Below, piece by piece: positions 48,400-62,243 of a stretch of DNA of 64,000 nucleotides. The stretch is taken from the NCBI GenBank assembly GCA_026023565.1, contig JAPETS010000021.1:1-64000 (forward strand), written 5' to 3'. Origin of the DNA: Cirrosporium novae-zelandiae (taxonomy: Eukaryota). The translations under genes were made by a program, and so were the position numbers. Below the pieces are notes generated by a model. That model searched no databases. It worked only from the letters and a program-made list of their open reading frames with translations, and was not told where the DNA came from. How positions within the stretch are numbered: the first letter of the stretch is position 1; each line of letters opens with the position of its first letter.

Positions 48400-50516
48400 T
48401 CAGTAGTTCTCGAAATATCCTTCAATGCGTTCTACGAGGTTGGCTTTCTTTCCGGAGACGGAAAGGCTTTTGGTTGAGAGCCAGGATTTTAGGTCGGTTA
48501 CTTTGAGCTGATGGGGGAGGTTAGTTGGTTAGGTTGTTTATTTGTATGTATGTATAGATGAGGAGGATTGATGGGGAAGTGGGATGGTGCTTACTTTCTC
48601 AAGGGTCTCGTTTTCATAATGCTTCCTCATATCTGTATCGCCGAGCCCAGCATCGCCAGGTTCAGCTTTTATCTTCTTCGATGTCGCTCCGCTCTGCCCA
48701 GAAGCTGGTCGCTGCCGCTTCCCGAGCGCGAGTTTTTTGTTTTCGCTTTCGTCGTCTCCATGTGTGCCATCGGCCCAAAGGCGGTATTGCCTATCGAGCT
48801 CCTCTCGCCACTCGTCAATAAAGTCGCCTGCGCGCTTGTCAATCTGTTTGTATTTTGGGATTGTTTTGTCCTCTGGTTTTTCGGGGAGGTCCTCGTCGAG
48901 CGCGAGGGCCTGCAGGATGCGGTAGTGCCATTGGAGCGCCGGGTTGGGGTATTTTCTGGGATCATAGATGCCCTTGGGGAGTTGGAGCTGTTCCATCACG
49001 GGACGCATCTTATCTGTGAGGTCATCTGGGGCTCGGATGTAACGACACTCGGGATTCCGCCGGATGTCATCTGCGTAGGGCAGTGGCACCAGCCACAGCC
49101 CAGGTGGCATCATCTGGTCGCCAAACTCTCCTAATTTTTCTACCCCTGGGATCACGGCCGCGAGAGTGGGAGAGGCGTTTCGGCGCGGGATGAACCAGGC
49201 GATACCCATCTTGCTGGACTTGAGTAGCTTCTGCCACAGGGCCGAAAACACACGCGTGGAACCCACATACTCTTCCTCGGACGGGTAGATGAAGGTGGCG
49301 TTTTTCATATTGGCCCAGATGGACAGTTTTTCAGCGGGCTTGAAGCCGATGATGCGGATGATGGGATCACCAAAGTTTCGTAGCGAGGCAATTTCTTCGT
49401 TCGTAAAGGTAATTTGGTCGCCACCGAACTTGTACGCCTTGCGGATTTCCACTTTATCCACTGTACGAGCCGTGTCTTCTGCCATCTGGGTTGTTACGCC
49501 CTTGGCGATTTGGGCGGTTTCACCTTTGAGGTAAACATAGCAGCTTCGTGCTGCTTCTTGGCGTTTGAAGAGGATGTAGCCTTTTACAGAGATTCTCAAA
49601 CCCGGGGCGATTTCAAAGGGAATATTGAATAGAGTACGGCGGGGAATGGCTTTGGAGTTTATGTTGGAGAGGAGAGAGTTGAGGAGAGATATCCCATCCC
49701 CTGAGGTTACAGAGCGGATTGCTGGAGTGAGGGATGCCGGAGCATTTGGGTCAGAGGGAGACGCAGAGTAGATGATGTCGTCATAGAACTTGGAGCGATC
49801 GAATTCATGGTCAGGTCTCGATATAGAAAATAATTCAATGGTAACGCCAAGATCGTACAGATCTTTCGCTCGGACCGCAGCAGCTGATCTCAACGATTTA
49901 TCTTTGGAATGCGGGTTATCGTTGTTGGTTACAATGAACAGACGTCTGGACGTGAAATTGGAAGCTTTGGTTGTGAATATTTGATTTGCACAGAATAGAA
50001 CATTTGCCATTGATACAGGGTCTTTTGATGGAACTAGTAATTCTTGTGCTTCGTCGTCTTCCTCTACTAGGGCCTTCAATGCTTTCACATCGTTCGCAGA
50101 TGGAATATCCAGATCGCTTAGGAGGTAGCAATGGGGATATTCCAATTGACCTCTGCTGCTCTCTTCATCGCCTTGGAATTTAGATTTCTCCGTACCAAAT
50201 AGGAGGATGCCCATCATATCACCTGGATTTGAGATGATTCTTTGCTGCATTAAATGATATGCGCATTTCAGGGCGGCCGAAGTTGGGGTATCTTTATCGG
50301 CTTTCTTGGAATGGGAGGGAGCTTCCGTCAACATGGAATCACTAACTTCAATAGCGAATAGAACCGCATCTTTGACTGTTTTATAGCTCTATCAAATAGT
50401 GTCAGTAGTTTCAGGACAGATAGGAACAGAGAACCACTTACGGCCTCATTCAGCTCCTCCTCTTCCTCTTCGTCATTATCGTCGTCATGAGATTTCCATT
50501 TATCGTTATCAGCCAT
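48400..50516 (-). CDS. KU70: Ku70 NHEJ DNA end-binding protein
   Basis: [13 protein letters not shown] (vWA), [44 protein letters not shown] and [18 protein letters not shown]. The final exon encodes a SAP domain ([10 protein letters not shown]...[11 protein letters not shown]). Confidence 0.97.
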
Positions 50517-50651
50517 CTTGAAGTTGATGAATAATTGATTGAAAGTTTTCGAATGTAAAAGAAGGACTCTGATAGATGGAATCTTTAGAAAGGAGGAGAT
50601 GCCTCAGTTTCACGTAGGCAGTCAGGCAGATAGGCAACCATATCGTGTGGG

Positions 50652-50657
50652 ACGCGT
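50652..50657. promoter_or_regulatory. MCB-like element (ACGCGT) upstream of KU70
   Basis: Exact ACGCGT about 135 bp upstream of the KU70 ATG, in the KU70/HEM15 divergent promoter. Confidence 0.55.
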
Positions 50658-50955
50658 TCATTGGGAACGCCAAAGCACATGACCTTTGATTGCCCTATCT
50701 CTAATACCCTGACATGTGCCTCAAGTTCTTGGAAGTTCCTCCGTACCAAAAGGTTTGTAATTGGCATTTAATCCGACTGTCCGATCCGACCGAGCTCAAA
50801 CTCCGCGAAAATGGTTTCGTTAAATGTTACCTACTCATTCTTTCTTTGAAAGCCCAGAATGGAATGCTTATTGAATTGGCTGGACCAAAACTCTCTATTG
50901 TGGTATACATTTATATCTTTAATCTGGTTGTCTCTATAAATGCATTGGAACCATT

Positions 50956-52340
<1,385 letters not shown>

Positions 52341-53071
52341 ATCTCAGCTCTAGGCGGCAGGGACTGATTGTACAATTATTATGTAGTATCAGGAACAAGC
52401 AACATGAAAAGTACCTGTCAAGCCTGTTTTTCCCAGTACTCGTCCAAACAATTATTGTCTTGAATTTAATCGAGTGTCCTTATGTATCAATGTACTATTT
52501 CGGTGATGATGGGTGATGATGGGTGAGGATGGGTGAGGATGGGTGAGGGGGAAGAATACGTGGACAGCAGATGAGACAGAAGCGGCTGGGCGAAGTTGGT
52601 GGACTGGTGAGCTGTCAGGGCAGCGTAATTGTAGTGTAATGAGGGGTGATACAACTTTGGAGGAATGGTTCATGCCTGTTGGTGGTGACGGGCCTAAAGT
52701 TAATAATCCTTCGGAGTTTCGGCATTCAACCCCCCAAGTGGCCCCCCTGTGCCCCCCTGTGCCCCCCAAATTATTGGTCATCCGAAACTCCTAATCTCTG
52801 CTGTTGATGATATGGATACACTACACTTGAACATTAAGGAACTTAGGTACATAGTAGTCAAGTGAATAAGGAAGCTATACTCCCCTTATCTTGCTTTTTT
52901 TTTGATTTATTTCCTTTCCTTGTCTCTTCCGTCTGTTTGATATTTTGACACGTTTCATCATATTTCTCAATCGTCGTTTTTTATCTTGTTCTAGCTTTTA
53001 AAAGAGCACTACGTCATGTCATTGTCATGAAATTAGCCGTTGACAACTTAAATTAAATCCATTCAGTTCTA

Positions 53072-54924
53072 ATGGAGAACAACACTGTGTTCGAGGCAGA
53101 TGCCAACATCGATGAAGAAATTCGTTCTCGATCTAGGCCTATATCAACCCATAGAGGACGTTCTCGTCGAGGTCACAAGGTCACTACCACAGTTCTAGGC
53201 GGTGTTGACGCCAACGAAGGCACCGAGGAAGCTCCCCTTCTCTCTCGTGATCCTCGCGACGATGATAGCAGCTCCTCGAATTCAACAGATTCTCTAGATA
53301 ATCTTCCTTGGTGGAAAAAGCCGTCGGTAATGATCCTGGACCATGGCCCTGTGAATGAGACTAATGGATTCTGAAATAGGTATTTTGGCTTCTTCCTTCG
53401 TTCGCCTTGACAACCCTCGCATTTGGCGGCCTTGTAGTCCCGAGAATCAATTTGATCCTTACCCTTATATGTCGCCAGCGTCTCCAGGAGAGGGCTATCA
53501 ACGATCCGGGATTTCAGTTTAATGCAATTATTCTGGGCGGTGATAATCCACAATGCAATACTCCCGAGATACAGTCTCTCGTTGCAAAGTTCACATTATA
53601 TGGAAACCTCATCGGGGGTATCCTCTCGGCAGTTACTAGTCCCAAGTTTGGAGCACTATCCGATCGATATGGACGAACTAAGCTCCTTGGGATAACGACG
53701 TCTGGACTAATCATGTCAGAAGTGATCACCATCATGGTTGCTACAAATCCGGAAGTTGTATCATATCAATGGCTTTTACTTGGCTTTGCGCTTGATGGCC
53801 TCTCGGGATCATTCGCTGCTTCTATGGCCATCACTCATTCCTATGCCACAGATTGCACACCTCCTGAGCGACGAAATGTCGTTTTTGGTTGGTTTCATGG
53901 TTGTCTGTTTTCTGGAATCGCTTTTGGACCAGTTCTTGCGGGATATATTGTTGAAGCAACCGGTAGTCTTGTAAAAGTCTTCTATGTTGCGCTTGGCTGT
54001 CATTTACTGTTTGTTATTTCTGTCGTGTTTATTATCCCGGATTCATTGTCTAGATCACGGCAGATGGCTGCACGGGAGAAACATCGGCTCAAGACTGTAC
54101 GAGGTTTACGAACGGATCAAACATGGGCTGATAAACTCCAAATTACCAATCTTTTCGTGCCACTTAGAGTTCTCTACCCAACCGGGGAGGGGTCTAGTCG
54201 GGCTGTTCGTCGAAATCTGGTGGCATTGGCGGCCGTGGATACAACCATGTTTGGAGTCGCGATGGGATCGATGACTGTAGTGGTTATCTATGCTGAGTAT
54301 ATGTTTGGCTGGTCCAATTTTGACTCGAGTGTTTTCCTGTCCGTCGTCAATATCTGTCGAGTATGCAACTTGATTTTGGTCCTACCTCTGGTTACTAGGT
54401 TTATTCGGGGCCGGACAACCGGCAATCAACGCTCATCGGGCATGGACAAGCTTGATTTGGGGATCATTCGAGTGGCAATTATCTTTGATACTCTTGGGTA
54501 TATTGGCTTTTCGACCGTTCGAAGCGGAAAGCTCATGATATTATCTGGATGCCTCGCCTCGATTGGAGGAATGGGCTCGCCGACCTTACAGTCTAGCTTG
54601 ACAAAACACGTCCCGCCTGACCAAACAGGGCAGCTCCTGGGTGCAATCGGCTTGCTGCATGCATTGGCACGTGTAGTAGCACCGACCATCTTCAACTTGA
54701 TATATAGTGTTACGGTAGGAAAATTCTCTCAAGCGGTATTTGTGTGCTTGGCGTCAACATTCGGAGGTGCTTTTATACTAACTGGGTTTATCCGACCATA
54801 TGGTAAGTAACTGCGACCTATGTTGGGATCGTTCAACTTATACCTCGCAGTATATCTTGATGAACCGGACTCACCGATGGGGAGGTTATCTTGTGAAGTC
54901 GAGGGTGAAGTTGGGAGGATTTGA
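53072..54924 (+). CDS. MFS transporter (YJL163C/SLC46-like, tetracycline-efflux-like group)
   Basis: About 12 hydrophobic segments, MFS motif A (GALSDRYGR), N-terminal acidic dileucine EEAPLL, HSYATDCTPPERR and TKHVPPDQTGQLLGA. Introns at about 53327-53380 and 54803-54850. Confidence 0.9.
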
Positions 54925-55657
54925 ATTTGATTTGTATTCGTTTATGGGACCATTGTTTCAACACTGGACGGGTTTACAGTTGATTTTTGAAGCGTGGCGC
55001 CAAGAAATATGGGTGTCCTCAATTCGTACATGATGATAGCAGAAAGAATGTTTCATATCAATAATCTAGAAGAAAGAATACAAATTAGAGAAGGTCTAAA
55101 GCGAAATAACTTGCTGTGTAGGGCTAACCAACTCCTAGCCCTAGCCTTATCCGTAGACTAAAACATTGAGGTAGAAGCATATGCATTTGCTATATATACA
55201 ACATGCATGACCCTACCCCCCACAACCTCTCTACCCCGCAAATACAACTCCTGGGGTAGCTATTTTCTCACTAGTCCTACCATCCAAGGTCAACAGCACT
55301 CCTACTTAGAACACCTTCTTCCCCGACTTCTTCAAAACTATCATGTATTTCCAACAATGCGGACCACATCGGCAGCATCTCCCCGCCTTCAAGTTGACTA
55401 TGCGTGTTTAACCACCCTATTCAATTTATATCCCGATATGAAAATCAAAGGAAAAAAGCAAACAGGAGCTCTGGTTTCCTGATATTTTTTTATTCCCTTC
55501 TCGCTTCATGCGTCCTTTAATATGGCAAGGCGTGTCGGCTCCACCTGTTGCTGTATAGCTGTGCATATATATATCATGTATGCATCATCAATATGAATTT
55601 CTTGTCTGTTTCCTTGAGGTTTTTCCCTATCTCTATTTTTCCTTTCCCGAAAGAGTA

Positions 55658-55744
55658 AGAAAAAGAAAAAGAAAAAGAAAAAGAAAAAGAAAAAGAAAAA
55701 GAAAAAGAAAAAGAAAAAGAAAAAGAAAAAGAAAAAGAAAAAGA
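55658..55744. repeat. (AGAAAA)14 microsatellite immediately upstream of the beta-helix gene
   Basis: Directly visible. It reads as (RK)n in frame with the downstream ORF. Confidence 0.92.
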
Positions 55745-55759
55745 ACAGAAAGAAAAAAA

Positions 55760-57079
55760 ATGACCCCCCTACTCCTCCACTCCCTCTCCATCCTCCTAAC
55801 CCTGCTAATAACCCACCTCCAACACACGCACGCCCAAACAACAAACATAACCGGCGCCACCACCATCTCCTCCGCAGCCAAATCCCTGAACCACACCACC
55901 TTCTACGCCTCCCACAACGACGAAAGTGCACTCCTAATCCAAGACACCGGCCACCTAACCTGCACCCACAGCCAGATTATAAAAACCGGCAACACCACCA
56001 ACAAAGACGACAGCAACTTCTCCGCCCTAAATGCCGCCATCGCCGTACAGCGCAACGGGACCCTCTCCCTCTCCCACAGCTTCATCTACACCTCGGGCTA
56101 CTTCGCCACCGCAATAAAGGTATACGAATCTGGCTCCTCAGCTTACCTCTCTGATGTCGCTATCGCCGCCTCCGGCTCCATGTCACATGGCGTGTACATG
56201 GCTGGCGGATACATGCACCTCTCCGACGTCTCCGTCACCGTCGACGCAAACTACGCCGGCTGCTACTCCACCGACAAGGGTGGCGGGGTAATGGAAATTT
56301 ATCATAGTAGCTGCTTCACGCTACAAGACCACGCTGTGATTGTATACTCGACGGGCGACATCACAGCAACATCCCTCACAGGCACCACTCTACAAAGCCC
56401 CGCGGGCACCATCGACGGCGCCAACAACAGCATCACGCTCCTGAATCCTACCTTCACCATCGCCCCAACAACCTGGGGCGTCTTCCAAATCTTCAACAGC
56501 GCCAACACCACCAATGCCTCCGCCCCCGGAACCGCAACCCTCCACATCTCCGGCGGCACCATCTCCGAAACCCGCGGCCTATGCCCGTTCCTCTTCACCG
56601 CCAACGCAAATTCAGAAATCCATCTCTCCAACAACATCGACATCTCCATCCCCTCGGGTATATTCCTGAACGCATCCGCGGACTACGAGTGGGGGGTTGA
56701 GGGTGAGAATGGGGGGATTGCAAGTGTGACGTTGAGGAATCAGAGTGTGAAGGGGGATGTGTATGTGGATGATATTAGTATTGCGAGGGTGAGGTTGGAG
56801 GATGGGGGGGAGTTTGTGGGGGCAGTGAATGGGGGGGATAGGAGGGGGAGGGTGGAAGTGAGGGTTGGGAGGGGGGGCGTGTGGAATGTTACGGGGATGT
56901 CGTTTTTGGATGTTTTGGAGGTTGAGGGGGATGGGGATGGGGAGGGAGAGGGGGTGGAAGAGGGAATTGAAGGTCTTTTCAGTAAAGGATTCACGGTATA
57001 TTATAACGGGGTCGCCAATGAGTGGTTAAATAATCGCACAATTACTTTGGATGGTGGGGGGGTGTTGAGGCCTACTTAG
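55760..57079 (+). CDS. Secreted, intronless right-handed beta-helix/adhesin-like protein resembling a prokaryotic family
   Basis: Signal peptide MTPLLLHSLSILLTLLITHLQHTHA. Gly/Ser/Thr/Asn-rich beta-strand repeats. Motifs DDSNFSALNAA, STDKGGG, VYSTGDIT, IDGANNSI, WG..GENGG, GDVYVDDIS, WNVTG.S.L and WL...TI.L.GGG.L.P. Confidence 0.8.
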   Translation: MTPLLLHSLSILLTLLITHLQHTHAQTTNITGATTISSAAKSLNHTTFYASHNDESALLIQDTGHLTCTHSQIIKTGNTTNKDDSNFSALNAAIAVQRNGTLSLSHSFIYTSGYFATAIKVYESGSSAYLSDVAIAASGSMSHGVYMAGGYMHLSDVSVTVDANYAGCYSTDKGGGVMEIYHSSCFTLQDHAVIVYSTGDITATSLTGTTLQSPAGTIDGANNSITLLNPTFTIAPTTWGVFQIFNSANTTNASAPGTATLHISGGTISETRGLCPFLFTANANSEIHLSNNIDISIPSGIFLNASADYEWGVEGENGGIASVTLRNQSVKGDVYVDDISIARVRLEDGGEFVGAVNGGDRRGRVEVRVGRGGVWNVTGMSFLDVLEVEGDGDGEGEGVEEGIEGLFSKGFTVYYNGVANEWLNNRTITLDGGGVLRPT

Positions 57080-60000
57080 TTGGGCTGGTTGGGCTGGGTT
57101 GGTTTCCCATGGGGAGGTGGGGGGGGGGGGGGAATTGTTTGATAGGAAATGACATATGACAAATTATTGAATTATTGAATTATTCTAGCTACGACTGTAA
57201 AAGGATGTAGACTTTCTACCTATTTATATATAAGGTGTGGGGTTGTGGAGTTATGGATGTATATAATATATCTTCCACCTAGATACCTAGATACCTAGAC
57301 ATGAACAGGGGCGGGGGGGGGGGGGAAAAAAAACGAAACCGAAACCGAAATGATATGATGATGCAATGCGAAATGAAATGCAAAATACGAGATGGCCTAC
57401 TACTACTTTACTTTACTTCTTCGCTCCTTCCAGGTATTATACTACTATACCACACCTATTTATATCCCATGAGACAAAAAATGAAATGAAATAATATACC
57501 CCCCCTTCTGTCTATAAAAACTATCTGCTTAGACAAAAAATAAAAATGAAAAAAAAAAATAAAACCAAAACTCACATTCCATCTCTCCAACCAATCTTAA
57601 TTTTAATTTTTTTTTTTAAAAAATAAAAAAAATAAAATTAGGATCTAGATAGGGTATAGGGGTTATATGAACCAGACCAGATCAGATGGATGGGGAGATG
57701 GGAGATGTGTGAGAAAAGGAAAGAAAAGGAAAGGGATATGGTTGAGGGGATGATTGGATTATAAGGGATATATATGGTGGGGATTGAAAGGTAGGATCGA
57801 GAGGTTTAAGGGTTTTAGGGGGTTTAGAGATGATTGAGAAAGGATGAAGGGGAATGGGGGGGAAAATAGGAAAGATGGGAGAATGTGAAGGGGAAGTTTG
57901 GGTATTTATATCAGTGAAAGTAGGTGAAAGTAAGTAGATGGAAAATAGACGACGGGAACGGAACTAGGGAAAGTAGGAAAGAATAAAAATAAAAATAAAT
58001 AGAATGTATAAAAAATTACCACCCTATTCTCTCTCACCTACCTAGCCAAGTTAGTTAGATAAATAATAACATTGAATCTCTAATCCTTAATCCTAATCCT
58101 AATCCCCTATCCTTTCTCGTATCATACCCCCCCCCCAACATCTTACTTATTTCCCCATTTATACACTATCAATCTATGCAATCTATCCATGGACGTGTAT
58201 TGTATTGTATTGTAGTGTAGTAAGTACGATTATATCCATATCCCGTTCAATCTATCTAAAGAGAAGTAGAAAAGTAGAAAAGTAGAAAAGGCAAACATAA
58301 ATATAAATTCAAATATTGAATCTCTTGAGATAATAAGGTGAGAGGGGGGGGTGGGGGATAAAGGAGGATAGAATAGGAGATAGGGGTTTGGGCACTTGGT
58401 ATCTATCTATTTGAGGTAAATTTATAAAAATTGATGAAAAGGGGTAGAAGAAGAAGAAGAAGAAGAGTAACATATTGCCCTCTAAACAGATGTATATTAT
58501 TATTATATATAGTCCGTGCATGGCATGCCATTACAGCATTACATTAATACCACATCTCAATCTAAATCTAAATGCCATAGCATAATAATAATAATGCTTA
58601 TAACATGAGAAGGAAGTATTAGTATTAGTATTATTATAAGTACGGAAATATAGAAGATGTTGTTTGTTCAAGAACGGAAACTTATGCCATGGTATTTTGC
58701 TTATTTGCTTACTTATTTGCCTCACTCGCTGGATGATATGAAGGAAGAAGAAAGAAGGTTGAAAGAAAGTAGAAGCTAGAAAAAAAAGAAGGTGGAAAGA
58801 GCGGAAAGAGAGAGAGAGAGCGGGGAGTAGAGGAGAGAGTAATAATAATAGAATAGTAGAATAGAGAAGATTAAAGTAAAGTAGAGAGAAATCATGCCAA
58901 CATACACACACACACATCCACACGCATCCATATACACATACATTTACACACACCTACGTACATGTACCTACATACCCATATCACGCCACATCATCCAAGT
59001 CCTATATAAGCAAGTAGAGCCAATAAATAATGGATAATAACCCCCCCCCCAAAAAATGGAGATGAAGAATTGGAATTAAATTGTTTTTTTTGGCTTGGTT
59101 TGGTTTGGGAGGAAGTTATATCTAGGGAAATAATAATAATAATAGTGGTAGGATTGGTATTGATGGTGATGGTATGGATATTTAGGGAGAAAGAAGGGAG
59201 AGAAGGGAAGAAGAAAAGAAGAAGGGAAATAGGAGTAAGAATAAGGCTGGTTATATAACCAACCAGCCTATCTAGCTACGTACGTACCTACCTATCTTTC
59301 ATAAGAATCAAAACGAGAGAAAAAAAAATAGGGGATATATAGAAAAAAAAAAGAATAAAGGTTATTTATTTATATTTGTTCGTAATGGCATTGATAGTAT
59401 GGCTATCTAAGTGTCTAGGGGGGATGGTAGAAGGAGAGAAAAAAAAAGAAGAATAGAAAGGAAGGGGAAGAGGGTTAGAGGTAAAAGTGGATGTGGGAAT
59501 GGGAATAGAAAATAGGAATAGAGTGGCTAATACAACCTACTCTACCCACTTGATTTCGATAATAAGAATAATGATAGTGATAAAAGGATATATAACGGAT
59601 AAATGGATGTAGAGTATAGAAAAGTAAAGTAAAGTAAAGTAAGTGGTCAACTAACCAAGCAACTAGGTAAGTAAGTAAGCAGGTAAGTAGCTATTCCCTA
59701 CTCCTCTATACACCTACCCTAACCTCCCATCCTCCCCTTACCAACAAAGCACCCAAACAAGCAAGCAAGCAAAACAACCCCTCCCCCCCAAAAAACACCC
59801 CCTTATATCCCCATATCTCCATCCATTCTCCCCTTTTCATCAGCATCAGCCAGCCAGCTATCTATCGAGCAGAAGAAGTATGTAATACAATACAAATAGG
59901 AAGAACTTCGTATAAGGCTAATGCGGATTGGATGGATGGGATGGATACTTTTAATCTTCAATCTTCAATGTCCATGGATATCATTCATGGATATCATATC

Positions 60001-60300
60001 ATATGAGGTGATGTGGTGATGGGGTCTTGTGTTTTTGATTTTGAATTTTTGATGGCTGAGCAAGCAAGCAAGTGTTATGATGGCATTGTAATCGCGGTTT
60101 ATACTTGGACTTGGACCTTGGACCTTGGTGCGGCTTGAACGCTTAACCCCTCGTCCTCGTGGTCGACCTCGAGGAGAAAGAAAGAAACCCAAACCCTAAT
60201 ACAGAGAGGTAGAGATGGTAAGACGCCTTATTCATTTATTTGTTCGGCATTTTCCACATCTGTCAATACATTCATACATACCTAGGTACAATAGAGTAGG
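57080..60300. repeat. About 3 kb low-complexity, microsatellite-rich intergenic island
   Basis: Dense short tandem repeats (AAAGT, TAA, GAA, CA, TACCTAGA) and homopolymers, with no credible ORF. Similar islands lie at about 25200-27700, 34100-35600 and 47030-48300. Confidence 0.8.
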
Positions 60301-62243
60301 GGGGAATAAATAATTCCCGGCACACAACAACGCGTTGTAGATAACGCGCTAGTAGAATAAGTCATATATCCTTCATTAGATACAGACTAGACTAGAACTC
60401 GAGGACCCGTCAGCCAACCTCGATATCTATCATGGATATATGCAACCCACACACATACACACATGATGTTTGTTAATTTCATTGATATCGTTGCCGTTTT
60501 TTTTAAATAAAGAATCCACCACGAAATGAAAATGATCGAGGTGTTGTGGACTGACAGACTGACAGATATGAGATGAGGTCCGTCCATGATGCGAAATTAT
60601 ACCATTTCTTTTCTCAATACTTCCTTCCACAATGAAATCGGTGAGCTGATGTCATACAGACGAGCTAGGATATTTAACAATAGTGCCAACTGAATGCCGA
60701 ATTCGGTGAGAAACCTGGGGAGGGTCCTGGGATTGAAATGGTGTTCTTTCTACCCTCATGGGCACACTGGTTCAATGGCCATATCCAGGCTCAAAGCAAA
60801 ATACTTGTGGTAAGTTGACCTGACTGGTTTTGAATTCGATCGCCACTGACAAATGGTATTAGGGGAGTGTTTGACCTTTCAAGATATACCTAGACTTTTG
60901 TAGTAAGATGTCTCTGGTGGTGACATGATGCTATTGCCACCCTACCACCACCAGGAAAGTCCGGATCAAACGACAGTTACATGAGGCGAAAAGAGTCCAT
61001 GCTGGGATGTATGCTGGCTCTATTAAGGCTCTTTCACGCTTAGAGAATGCACTTCCATGCCGTATCCTGGCTGTTAGAGAATTGGTGTCATATCAAAGTA
61101 TATGGTGAACGACACTAGCTCAAACGCTCAAACGGAAGCCACCCAAGGGCTTGCTAAAGATCATACCTCGAGTAGCCAATATACCTCGTCCCGTCTCCTT
61201 TGTTAGCATTTCATCGTTGTTATCAGATGATAAGACAACAGATGCACTAAATGTTGGAATTTATCCAGAGGAGCTTCGCAAAGAGAGCCCGACAAAGGAA
61301 TCGCCGAATCTTGAGAGCACCTGCTATATCTATATTATTATCTGACCTCTATATAAGAATGGTAGGGGAAAAAGTTTCAGTCAAAACACTCGTGGTTTAA
61401 TTCAGACGCAAAAGTACTCGGATATAAGATCTACACTGATTGATCAGTATCACAACGGTGATGAAAGACTGCAAACAGAAAGGTGTCAGGACCACGTACC
61501 CTAATGAACTTTACCGTGATGACATCTCAAAGTCTAGAGCATCCACTCAAATGTCAGCATCTCTATCGAGAACCGAACAAAACCTCCAATGGATACTTGG
61601 ATAGAATCGAACAGGAGAAATCTCCCTTGCCAACCAGATGACTATCACGAAATGCTATATATCTAAATGAAAGGAAGACTATAAGCGAACGAAGCAAAAA
61701 AAGACACCACAAAGGGCAAATCTAGGGTATCTTGAGGAAAATTATCATTGGAGCGAGTATTAGCTGAACATGAACAAAGTTATTGCCTTGCTGACGATCC
61801 GGATAGACAAAAGAAGAGAAGACGCCGCTTGCTTGTGCAGTTGATATCAGTCTCTTCTCCTCCACCGATTGACCATTCCTTGAGAAAAAAATATCGCCCG
61901 TTGCTCATGAATAATTCGCCATTCGCCCGTCTTGAACTTCTACCATAGAGCTAGCCGTCGGTAACCCACCACGACCGACCAGTAAAGGCTCAAGCAAACA
62001 TTCTTTAGCTGCTTCTGATAAAAAAAAGTAGCATGTCTTGTTCAACTCGAGGAAAATGTCCCATGCACCATATCGCTTCGATTGCCATATCCCAGCTACA
62101 CCCCGGAAAGAAAAGTCCTTGATAACGAAAACCTCAATAAAACCTTGAGACTCTGCAGCAAATATTGACCATCCATTAAGGTAGCAATGGCGAACAGGTG
62201 TATTGGATCATTTGCTGGTGAGATAGCTAAAGGCCACGAGATC

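Noticed and set aside
60327..60350. ACGCGT/ACGCG cores suggesting a hidden gene downstream
   Set aside because: No credible ORF or exon chain was found between 60300 and 62200.
60585..60652. ATGATG...CTGA, possible C/D box snoRNA
   Set aside because: The C box is imperfect and I could match no guide to rRNA or snRNA from memory. A snoscan run would be needed.
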